A program made the translations under genes and the position numbers. Positions 14,142-27,174 of a stretch of 37,352 nt of DNA are shown here, in pieces. The stretch lies in assembly GCF_001186125.1 (NCBI RefSeq), contig NW_014040475.1:93148-130499 (forward strand). The letters are read 5' to 3'. The notes under the pieces are model-generated. The model made no database searches. It had not been told where the DNA came from and saw only the letters and a list, made by a program, of their open reading frames with translations. How positions within the stretch are numbered: the stretch's first letter is position 1; every line of letters begins with the position of its first letter. The DNA comes from Sphaeroforma arctica JP610 (lineage: Eukaryota).

Positions 14142-16047
14142 GTATATACATGTATATATATATATATATGTATGTATGTATATATATATATATAATCTAG
14201 ATGATTATTTATAATCTACCATCCCGAGAGTTTCATCGCAATTGGGCAGTGCCTTCATCAGTCCGCGTCTATGATACCGATCCCCACACTCTCAACACAC
14301 TGTACAGTCCGCCAGAACTACTTGGAATCGTGTGCCGAACCCAACATCTGTCAGGCCTGTCAAGGCTACGACTACCTCACCAACAACGCCTGCAACGAAA
14401 CCAATCAATTCACGGGCTATGCCGGCGCTATCCGGTGCATAACGTATGTCCGTGCTCTTCTCGTATATATATATAATATATATGTATTTATGTGTGTATG
14501 TATATATATTGTGTTTCATTGTATTGTATTGTATTGTATTTTGTGGGTGGCATATGTGTATTAAGTAGTCCATGTGGACACATGCTTTTGGGATTTGTTT
14601 GACTGCTGTACAGCATTGTAGTGCAAGTCCAATGGTTCTCGATGAACTTATATTTTACTTGCGTACGCTATACAATGGGATATGTATGCCAATATGTAGA
14701 GTAGTGTGTAGAGTATTCAGGTGTGTGTGTGTGTGTGCGTGTTTATTTATATTTTAATATATATGTATATATAAATATGTGTGTGTGTGTATGTATGTAT
14801 TTATTTATTTATTTATTTATTTATTAGTTTATTAATTTATTTATATATATATATATATATATGGGCTTACTGCACTATTTCTAAGCAACATTGCTTGTCA
14901 GATATACCCCCATGTATACAACCCCAACCTCACCAATTCTTTCCCTATCCACGGTCCCTTTTATACCAAATAATCCAAGCCCCAACCTCACCCGTTTTGT
15001 ATTTGTATGATTCAAATGCCTCGTTTTGCAGAGATCGCGAAGGTGGCCAAGGGGGGCGTGTAGCGTTCGTGCGAGACGATACTGTGGCCTCCACCTGTGG
15101 GCAGCCCAATCCGCCAGACTGGTGCTTGGCCGAGGACGAGTACGAGATGATTGCCGATTTCGGAGAGGTGAATCTCATTTGGATAGGGATAGGGTTATAG
15201 TTATGGTTATAGTTGTGGTTGTGAATGGTTTGTTTTGAAGCTGTATTGTGCGGGTATGTATTGTGAAGTGAGAAAGTGGGGGATGAGCTTTTGTCTCCCA
15301 CTTATATGTGTGTGTATGTGTTGTTCGCCTGGCCTGTGTCTGTCAGCATCACTGAGTGGACGTGTGTGTTGTAGCCTATCTTATACACATGCCTGTATGT
15401 TCGTGCTCAATGTGTTTACTCTATGTGTTTGCTTTACTTGAATGTTATGCCACCAGCACACACAGGACCTCTCAGTACAACGTCAATAGATACACATACA
15501 ACTTTAATTTGAAATACAGATATCGTACTTGCACGGAACATGCGCGTGCTGCAAACATATACATACGCACACATACATACACATATACATACACATGTAC
15601 ATACCATACACACAATATGAGGGAGAGTCTGTAGCCCCGTTCAGAGAGGCGCATATGTCGCGTGTATGATGTTGAAGCGAAGACACGCCATATTGACACA
15701 CACACACACCTGTGTTTGTGCACGCTCGCAGTTTCCATCGAATGCCATCATCTACGATCCCTTGCGCATGGACGATGCTCTGGAGGCGCGCCTGCGCCAT
15801 GCGTTCGATTTGGCCAAAGACGAGGACAACACCACACTCGTGGACCATCATGAAGCCTATAACTCGATCTTTAGTCTGTCGCTGGCTGAGCATATTGACG
15901 AGTTCAGGTGTGTTGTTTGTGCGGATAGGGACGCTCGCGAATGCGGGGATGCTGGTTAAAGTGTCTCTGCTATAGGGTGCGGATGTGTGGCGAGGCAACC
16001 ACGCGTATGTACATAGCTGTGTGGGTGCGTGTATATGTTTATACCTT

Positions 16048-16078
<31 letters not shown>

Positions 16079-17250
16079 TTAGGCATGATATGTCTTTTGT
16101 CGGCAATAAGCACAGTCTACTTCAGCAGATCACCCACTGTCTGTGAGAGGACCAAACTTTACCAGTGACGTCACTAGGACTAAGCATATCATTGGGATCA
16201 CATATGAGACAATAGATTCTCATATGACGGAACAAGCACAAGCAAGTCCACATATGACAGAAAGGTGCACATCACTGACCACTCCACTCCACCCACTCGC
16301 TCACCCGTGCCACTCCCAACCCGTTCTGCTCGCCTGCGGCTACAGCAAGAATGTCGCATGCGTACCCGGCATTAAAGAGCTGCTGGGCTATCCCAACATC
16401 ACGCTGCAGGAGTGTGTCCTGTCGAACCATCGCGAGGGCACGCGTGACGACCCTATCCGCTTCGCCTACTACGGTAACCAGTACAACATCGATGAGATCA
16501 AGGCAGATCTGCAGGATGCCGTGGCTGGTTTTGAGTTTGAAGTAGTGCGGGTGTGTGTCCTCGATACAGCGCGTGTGTTGTGTGTTGTGTGTTGTGTATG
16601 TGCACGGAAGATGTACATTTGACAGTAGCATGGGTAGATAAGATACCTGGGCATGTACTCATTATATCCTCCTATACATGTACTCCCTTTCTGTGTGCGT
16701 CTCCATATACAGATTGGCATTATATCGCATATCCCCGTTTATCGATTCACATACATAATCCCTCTCAGTGTAGTGGTCTATTGTGTTGATTGGTTCGTTC
16801 GTTCAACAACCATCCGCCGACTGCCCAAGGTATCAGATACCGCCATCTTCCAAGTAGAAGAGAGTGAACCCCCGAGACAGTTCTCATAATACGCATACAT
16901 CTCCATATGCTTGACAGATCTGTGTGTTGCATTTCACTACTCTTGTCCTTAGTATTATCTTGGTGTAGTTAAAAATCGGTCGTCTTATGGTAATATATCA
17001 ATCACCACCAAATATGGGACCATTCTATTCGAGAAAAGAAAGAAAAACATATGGCATGTGCAGTTTATCTTGTACTAACTAATATCAACTAGTATTGTTA
17101 GAATCGGGAGAAAAGTATCTCGTATGAGGTATTCTGGAGGTGACTCTCCACGCTAGCAGTCGCCTCAGTTCACCAGCACTGAGCACAGCCTTGTCTTGTT
17201 GGTGGACAACTCATCCGTTTCCTCATTTCGTCAGTTATATATATATATAA

Positions 17251-17284
<34 letters not shown>

Positions 17285-18231
17285 TACACTACGACTCGTC
17301 TATTCTTTCATTCTTTTATTTATCCATTTACTCATCTATGTTTCAATCATTTATCTATTTACTCCTGCCCTCATTTGTTCATTTACTTCTGTGCTCATTT
17401 ATCCTTTTTATTTAATTATTTATTGTCTGCTTCTCTTGCCACATGTCTCAGGCCACGGATGCCACACATGCTCTGCGCATGGTGTTGAATCACGAGGCTG
17501 ATTTTGCAAGCGTAGATCCAGGTGTGTGTATTGGATCATTGTGTGTGTATGTGGGGATTGGGTAGGGCAAGAGATACCTAAAATAGTCAACAACAAAAAG
17601 TACTTGAAATGGTTAAAGAAGAACTTGAAATTGTCAAAGAAGTACTTGAAATTGTTAAAGAAGTACTTGAAGTTGTCAAAGAAGTACTTGAAATTGTTAA
17701 AGAAGAACTTGAAATTGTTAAAGAAGAACTTGAAATTGTCAAAGAAGTACTTGAAATTGTTAAAGAAGTACTTGAAGTTGTCAAAGAAGTACCTGGAATT
17801 GTTAAAGAAGTACTTGAAATTGCTAGAAGTACTTGAAATTGTTAAAGCAATTGTTAAAGAAGTATTTGAAATTGTCAAAGAAGTACTTGAAATTGTTAAA
17901 GAAGTACTTGAAGGTATGGTAAAGAATGACTTAGACGGTCTTTTTACAAAGAAAATAGGACCACTTTGTCCTAGACTGACAATGTTATGGTAACAAGTCG
18001 GGCGTAAAGTTTGATACGTCATGACCCTAGAACCCTAAACCCTTGCACTATCTTTGAGGTTGCGGGACTTTTCATAACTTCATCCAGGTGTTCTGATTTA
18101 TCTTTGTACATGTATATCTTAGTACCTGTTATGCCGTAGGACATACTATATCTTAAAATATATATATATATATCTGAGCACATATTGTATCATACTACAT
18201 ACTATATCGTATTACTTAATACATCTTAGTA

Positions 18232-18266
<35 letters not shown>

Positions 18267-21200
18267 TAGTACATATTTTATCTTAGTACTTATTTATTTT
18301 AGTACATATTATATCCTAGTACGTATGTATTTTTGTACATATTATATCTTAGTACCTGTTATGTCGTAGTACATACTATATCTTAAAACATATATATCTG
18401 AGCACATATTGTATCTTACTACATAATATATCGTATTACTTAATATATCTTAGTATCTCTATATATATATATATCTATCATAGTACTTATTTATTTTAGT
18501 ACATATTATATCCTAGTACGTATTTATTTGAGTACATATTATATCTTAGTACATTTGTATTTTAGTACATTTTATATCGTAGAACATTATATCTTAATAC
18601 ATATATATATATCTCTCTCTCTCTCTCTCTCAATCTCTCTCTCTCTCTCTCTGAGTGCATGTTATATCTGGCTACATAATATATCGTAGTACGTATGCCC
18701 ATATACTACCTAAATACACACTGTATTGCTTGGCCGCCATTGACAACGCAGAAGTCGGTTGGTTGGATGCTTGAGAGCCTTTCGATACATCGAAACCATT
18801 CCCACGACGCTCTCTATAACTTTTCCAAGCACTATAGAGTCTCCTAGCAAGCACGCTATACCTGGAATACGTTTTCCAATCTCTATGGACTCTCCAAAAA
18901 AGCACGCTATACCTGGAATACGTTTTCCAATCTCTATAGAGTATCCTGACAAGCAGGCTTTACCTGGAATACGTTTTCCAATCTTTATGAACTCTCCTAG
19001 CAAGCATGCGCACTCTGAGAACCTACGCTTTCGTCCAATTCACATTCGGCATGGTCTTGTTCTCTCTATACACAGCCCTGGCGCTGAAGGGTATTCCGTT
19101 CGCCCTGATTCCGCTGGCGTATGAGACGTACTTGGACAATGTTACCACCTTCTACAATGCGGAGGTATGGGGTTGCACCACTTAGCACCATGGCGCACTA
19201 TACTACGCATAGAATGGCAGTATCTGTGGTACTTTATTGTTAGAGAGGGAGGGTCATACTCTTGGTAAGCTGTATGGCGCCTACGGTCGAGTCTTCCGTT
19301 TGATAAGTGAGACTCAAATTGTACATCTGAACTCGGAAGGCTTTGATGTTGTATATACATATGATACTCTGATGATGTATAGTGTGTGTGTGTTTGTGTG
19401 TGTATATGTATATTGATATATATTGATATCGTTATTCACATCATTCCCTTCTGTTTTCTTCGTTCCAGGTGTGGACAAGAACGGACTCGGGCATAACCAA
19501 CTTCACCGACTCGCAGTTCCTAAGCAGTTGCCATGGCAGCGCCACATCGAGCGCTGGCATGTACTATCCTGTGGGCTATGGTATCAGAAAGGGATACATG
19601 AACGTCACTACCGGTCAGAGTATCACGGATGTGGCGAAGGCGTATTGGTCAAAGGGCCAGTGCGCGCAACCTGAGCTGTGCGACGAAGTCTTGTGAGTAC
19701 CTGGGGCAGGGTGGTAGTGCTAAGACGAGGGGTTGTGCTTTTGTGTATAAGTGTGCGTGTGGCTGGTTTATACTGGGATAAATCGTTTAGCATGATGTTC
19801 ACAAGTGTTGATGCTCCCCACGACAGTGTCTGCATCTCCCGTCGTGGAGAGCCCTCGTGGGGATGGGGATGGGAAGTTGTGCGTTTGGGTGTCCACATAT
19901 CCCTGTACACGCAAGCCTAGTGGCTGATGCAGACGTTTATGTGTCGTCCCTCGGCATGTGCCTTCCATAGGAGATACTAAATACCTACCTATATATATTG
20001 GGGGGACGTGGCTACGTCTGTCACGATTTGGGTCCATCATGTTCATGTATACAACACAGTTACACTCTCAAGACATGGTCATTTGGTGGGTCATATGATA
20101 TAGAGTCTCAGGTTCCAGTTAGGATGGTCGTGTACATGCCCTGGCTCACGAATCAAGTACCTGAGGACACTACACCTCCTGTGTAGCCCTGCGTAGCCTA
20201 TACTCTCTGTGATCACAGCTTATTGATGCCGGTCATGGATCTACAGGCTTAGCCTGCTACGACACCCAGAGGATTGATTAGAGTGCACTGATTTGGTTTA
20301 TTATGACTGGGTTACTCTCGCCAACAGTTGAGTCTGGTCGGATCAAGTTATGTATAGCAAAGGTGTATGACACCTACATGTGACATGACGAGATCGCACT
20401 TATATATATATATATATACCCACACACATATATATATACATACGTGCATACAGTCCTGTCCGTCCCACAACGATCGGTCCTAAATAGCATCTCGTCTATA
20501 ACGTTTTATAGGTGCCAGTCGAGCCAATTGGATGACAACGGGCAGTTGGAATGTCCTATCCAGGGCAATCTTCCTCAAATAGACAGCGAAGATGCCAGTG
20601 CTCTGCAATGCTTGGTGTGTTGTGTGTATCGCGACAGTCAGTTATTCTCTAGTATACTTCGAGTTTTGGGTTTAGGCTTTTTGGTTTAAAGGGTTCTGTG
20701 GGTGGGTGTAGTGAAGTATACACCCTTGTCTACTTATACCAGTAGCGCCTTGGTTGGCGTTTGGGATCTGCATTCGACTAGATGAACGTTGGCGTCGGAT
20801 TCTACGTAATCAATTGGCGGGTTCGGCCTCTGGCTTCCGTTGGATGTATATATAAATGGTGTTTGAAGTGTGTGCATATGGCCCGATGGAAGCGTGTCTG
20901 CGCGAATGTCCATAGATATATCAATATCATAAAGAACCAATACTCCGGCATATGTGCCCTTATGCGTACGTAGTTGTGAACTTTGAAATGAGGTCTGATG
21001 TATATGTTTGAGTACACGCATTATCTCAATTAGTAGCCTACGCCTGTATGTACGGCACACGCACCCGTGTCCTGGCAGTACTGTTTATATCATCATCTCT
21101 TGTGACATATATATGTGCGTCATGGGACGTAATTGAAAACGTTCACACGATGGGGGCAGTATGAGTCAACACTAATATGCGCCGGTGCAGGGATACCGAT

Positions 21201-24200
21201 TATCGCTCAGACACTAACTATATACTGTATTTATGATCCTTGCCAGTACTACGGTGGTTCCATCGCATTCATCCGAGAGGGAGCTATGTCGCTGGCCTGT
21301 GACTTTACGCGTAAGTCTGTGTGCATGCCGTACATATAAGTATTTGTATCTATGTATCTATGTGTGTGTGTATGTATTTATCTATCAATCTATCTATGTG
21401 TGTATGTATGTTAATAGATAGATATGAATATATGTTTGTGGATATGTATATATGTTTGTGTATATGTATATATATATATATATACTGGAAAACCTGGTGT
21501 ATGTAAAGGTGCATATTTGCAATGTGAGTGGTGTTTCTTTTCTATGACTAGAACTCGCGGTGCTGAAGTTGGTCTTCGCACTCCGCAGGCTATCCTTGTC
21601 ATCGTCAGGTTTTGAGGGTACACGCAGCGTATATAGCAGTAGGGCTTCCCTATATCGGCTAGTCTCTAAGTCCATACCTGCCAAGCCAACACACATACGT
21701 ACATACACACACACCCACACACACATACATACACATACATACATACACACACACAAACATACATACATACATACATACACGCGCGCGCGTATACTTGTGC
21801 ACGTTGGCTCTCAAGTGTGCTGGTTCTACTTCTATGCCAGATGATCTGTAGCGCCGTCTTTCGCCCGATACGTGTGCATACCCATCACTTGTAAGTTGAT
21901 GAGAAGTTGTTGACCTTCCAGGGTTTTAGGGTTTAGGAAACACTTCACCTCACACACCCCCCCCACCCACACTCACTCACTCACTCACACTCACACATCC
22001 ATCCGTGCATATGGTGTGCCTTACTTATAAATAGCAGTTATTCTTCAACCCTCTCTACCCCTCCCCCCTATGCCTATTGTGTGAATGCGTGGTGTGTCTT
22101 ACTAATAAATAGTAGTTGACCCTTCAATCCTCTCTACTCCTCCCCCCTATGCCTATGTGTGCATGCATGGTGTGCCTTACATTTAAATAGTAGTTATTCT
22201 TTAACCCTCTCTACCCCTCCCCCCTATGCCTATTGTGTGAATGCATGGTGTGTCTTACTAGTAAATAGTAGTTGACCCTTCAACCCTCTCTACTCCTCCC
22301 CCTTATGCCTATGTCTGCATGCATGGTGTGCCTTGCTTATAAGTAGTAGTTGACCCTTCAACCATCTCTACCCCTCCCCCCTATGCCTATATGTGCATGC
22401 ATGGTGTGCCTTACTTATAAGTAGTAGTTGATCCTTCAACCTTCTTTACCCTCCCCCCCCCCATGCCTATGTGTGCATGCACGGTATGTCTTGCATTCTA
22501 CAGCCGAGGGCCAGTCGCAGAATCTGATCTGTCGGGAACGGGAGAACTACCACAAGATCATGGATCTCGGGAAGGTACCCACAGACATCGTCATCACACA
22601 GTCCCGCTCCTTCATGGCCGGCAAACGAGAGCAGTTCCAAGAGGTACATGCGCGTGTTAGGGAGTGGTGTATGCGTATGTATGTGTGTGTGTGTTTGGTA
22701 TTTGTATATGTATGTGAATATATGCTCTGGAGTTAGTACATTCGTGTGTTAGTGGGAGTGGGTATCTGTGTAGCCACGTATGACCACGTATGTTCAGTTG
22801 CACTGGAACACATATGTTGGTGTGACAAACTGGAATCGGTTGTTTATATCATTTTGTTCTAAATAGTACCTTGCTCTGGTGTTGTTAAGCCCAACAAACG
22901 TACAGCTGTTGAGATTCTACCTACATGATCTAGTGCACACCTCACAGTATTACTACACCCGTCCGCAGAGTTGTAGTCTTGTCTGCAAGCTGTTCGCACA
23001 CCTGCGTTTTAGGTTCACGTATACACACATACTCGGCCATTGCTTCGGATGATGCAGCATGAGATTGGTGGGGTGGATTGCTGTATACACCAACTTGCCC
23101 TACAATTACATTCACCATAGAGAGTCTCATTATAAACCCTGGGAACCGATAGTTCCTTGATGCGCCTGCTGCCCACAGCCACTGACGCAGATCCGTCTAG
23201 ACATAAAAAATGTCACCCCCAAGTAAGCAACAGTGTATACGCCTACGATCACCATAGCAACAGGCCCTGCACGTCCGATCACCATAGCAACGTACGCACA
23301 TGCGACGGTATTGATCACGGACGTCGTTCTACTATGCTCAGCTGTCATTGCATACCCACCCACACAACCTATAACCCCGCAGGAGTTTGTAAACGCATAC
23401 GGCAACACCGTCGCTGGGGTAAAGCTGCGCCAGTACTTTGGCGACCACGCCAGCTACATGGTGGCCCCACGTGCCTATGATCTGAACGCGCACATGCACA
23501 ACTACAAGAACAACGTCGCCTGCTTGCCAGATGTGGCCGATGTCCTCGGCCTGGTATGTATATAGCTACCACCGTCGTAAATACATATTCATGTATATTA
23601 ATATATATATATATATATATTGTGTATTTGTGTATGTATATATCAAGAGTATTGTTCATGTATAGTACGCTCTGTCTAAAAAGCATATACCTCGTTTATT
23701 CGTTGCGTAGACGTAGTTAATCAGCTTCGTTCGCATTCTTCTCGCATCTCGGATTAGAAGACACCTTCACCTGTGCCTCGTGCTTTCCATACACACATAC
23801 ATAACTGTACAACGCCTTACAGAGCTTCCAGGTGTACCTAACTACAATTTCGGGATGACAGTTGTATGTACCTGTGCACGTAGAGCTTCCACATGGTGTG
23901 GCGACTGCTCCTTGGTGCACTGTGTCTATGTCACACACGGCACTATTCTGTTGTGGCTGTGGCTGTTAGTACTGGAGATATTAAACTTATCTGTGGCTGT
24001 CATTGTGCTCGGATTTATAATTAAACACCGGGATCGTCTACCTTTTGAGTATGTACCTCATACCCTCCACAGGGTGTCCTGGGTNNNNNNNNNNNNNNNN
24101 NNNNGAACCCACATGCACCATTGACTTGGGTCATTGTACCGGTACATATAAGTCGGGATTGTCCACTTTTTCTTAATATGTATCGTATATCCTTCACAGG

Positions 24201-27059
24201 GTGTCCTGAGTGAACCCACTTGCACCATTGATTCGGGCCGCGACGGGGACATCGAACCCATACGCTTTGCGTATGTGGCCGACAGGAGCTATCGCGACAC
24301 TACCAATCTGACCATTCTGTTGAATGAGATGTCAGGTATGGTATTAGTGTGTCAGTATGACAACTATACGTGCAAGATGACGATACCTCTCAACACGTTG
24401 TAGTATAATCGTGTGTGTGATAACGTTAACTATATAATATAGCTATATATCTATATGACTATAAAACCTACCCATTCTGTTGAATGACCTGACAGGTATG
24501 GTTGTGTGTGCATGACAACTGTAAGTGCAAAGTGAATATATCCCTCATCAAGTAAGATAGTTACAAACTACTATAAAACCTATCCTTACTACTGACCGAA
24601 CAGATAGGTATGGTAGCGTTGTGTGTATGACAACTATAAGTGCAAAATATCTATAACTATATGATATAGTACGAGGTCACAGGTATTAGCATTGTTGTGT
24701 GCTTGTGGGCCTATATATATATATATATATACATCAACACGTATCACTCAATATCCTGCTGGTAGATCTCAACAGCGCCGTCTTCTACATTTAAAAGAAC
24801 TTAAATATTCATACAGATATGCACCACCCATCCCTCTGGTCACAGGTCTAACCTACGAAGTGCTCTGGGCCAAAACCGACCACGTGGCAATGGATATGAT
24901 CAAAAACAACCAAGCAGACTTGGCCTATGTCGATATCCCGGCAGCGGTGTATGGTATGGCCACAGACGATAACATCCACGTCATGGCAGCGGCTTATGCG
25001 CCTGTTACCAACCTGCCTTATCTTGAGGCTCAGGCATGGGTGGTAAGTGTGTGAGGTGCAGTGTTTATACGTATAGATGGATGAACAGATACTTTGGATA
25101 GATATCGATACAAATCTGTTTGTCATGTGTTGCCATGGAGTGTTGTCATAGATACGCCGCACCCGCATTCATTAGCATATACAAGCAATAACACATCAGC
25201 ACCACATTGGCTAAATGACAGTGTTTAGGAGTTTCTTTTTCCCTCTACCTACCTCACTTGGTAGCCTGTATCTTACTACCATAGTGCTTAGGCTCATTTG
25301 TTAGGGCTATTTATCTTATTCCCTCTTCCTACCTCGCTTGGTAGCCTATATTTACTACCATAGTGCTTCGGCTCATTTAAATTCATTGCCTACGTTGCCA
25401 CAGCTTACCAACTCGTCTATCCAGACCATTGCCGATACGAAGGGATCGAATGCGTGCCACCCGGCCATGCGTTCATCAGCCGGAATGTATATGTGGCTGC
25501 AATACGCGGTATGTGACTGATAGTCAGTGTAATGTGTACGGACAATCTCATTGGGTTTTAGGTTCATTGCGCTGCCGTGTGTGGTGGGTGGTCCGTAAGT
25601 GTATCATGATATCATAAGAGTCCCATTCGCAGAGTAGGATATGTGGTCAAAGTCTCATTGGGCTGCCATATATGGTCAGTGGCCAATACTCCCGATGCGG
25701 TGCTGCGCATGTATCCTGAGAAATCAATACGTGAGAGCATTCTGTGGGATGTGACCCTAAACCCCTAAACCCCAAAAACCCATAGGCATTATGATACGTC
25801 GTGAATGTCCCATTGGGTGGTAAGTGTCGTTATAAGCAATACGTCCGTTGTGGACTCCCTGTCCCACAAATTTCTTTTGCGCAGTTTAATTTGCGAGGAT
25901 TTGAATTGTCCCGCCCACTCCGGCAGAGGTCTATGACACCGACACCATCGCATATGAAGTAGTCGCCCACCTCGTCTGTGTAAATTGGGATTAAAGCCAA
26001 TGTTACTGCCCAGATAACATAGGCCTTAACATGAACGGTACAAATGGTGTGCCACTGATCCTGTCCCACAAATCCCTTTTGGTACAGATTAGTGAGAACC
26101 TCATCGAACCGCCCACTCTGTCTGAGGACTATATCACGGACACGGGCCTTGATCACCTCACGTCCGCGATTGAGACGTGGTTCCAGAAGACTTGCGCCGA
26201 GCCTCAGCTGTGTAGCGCCTGCGCGGATACCAAAGTCGATGGTAAGTGTGTGGGTAGATCCCTGGTGGGATGAGAGTATATACCTACCTACGGGTTCAGA
26301 AGATTCAATGCCTACCTACGAGTTCAGAAGATTAGTAGTATGCAACTTGGTTGTTCAAGTGTCTGTTCGCATGAGTGGTGTAGGAGCACGTGCAGATTCG
26401 AGGGTTATTGTATATGCTTGCGTGTGCTCAGGAGTCGTTGGTATGATGATACCCATGCGATGTGCTGTATTGCAATAGGACCGTGGTAGTCAACGTCTTC
26501 CGTTCTGTATTGCTCAATGTATATGCGCCCCTGTATGAGCGAATCACAGTTTAATCAACGTCTTTCATCCCGTATTCCTCCGTGTAGATGCACCTGTGTG
26601 AGCCCAAGTTTAATCAACGTCTTCCATTCCTTTAAAGTTATAATTGACAGGCCATGGGGTGTGTGGGGTGTCTTTGATTTCGTGCATGTCCATACAGTCC
26701 GATGCAACTGCTACTCTGTCTCGCTGTGATGTGTCGTAGTTGTGCGTTTAGATTCGTGCATATCAATGACACCTGCTTGATGTATCTGGAATGTGGTCCA
26801 ATCCCTCTCAGCGTTCCATTTACTGTACCCGCTTCTCTTATCCATACGGGATGTTTATTGCCATGCTTTAGATAGATGCTAGTAACTGGTGTGTTTATTT
26901 AATCCTGATGTATGTACACCTCATGTCTGTACAGGCCTTTGTAACGCTTTGGACGATTACGCTGGGCTTGTGGGTGCGCTCAAGTGTCTGACACAGGGCG
27001 GTGGTGATGTGGCCTTCTTACCCGATCACGCCTGGGAACAGGTATGTGCGCACAGGTGC

Positions 27060-27111
<52 letters not shown>

Positions 27112-27142
27112 ATTTGTATATTTACTCGTATATATATATGTA

Positions 27143-27174
<32 letters not shown>

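Noticed and set aside
17597..17912. Possible CRISPR array (also the 26-, 51- and 78-bp arrays)
   Set aside because: Head-to-tail units with no unique spacers, eukaryotic context, no cas genes.
17420..18022. ORFs of 200, 155, 75 and 65 aa on both strands
   Set aside because: By-products of a 21-bp repeat inside intron 14; no unique coding sequence.
18710..19124. ORFs with repeated IPGIRFPIS / IGKRIPG
   Set aside because: Arise from the 51-bp repeat; the real exon 15 uses a different frame.
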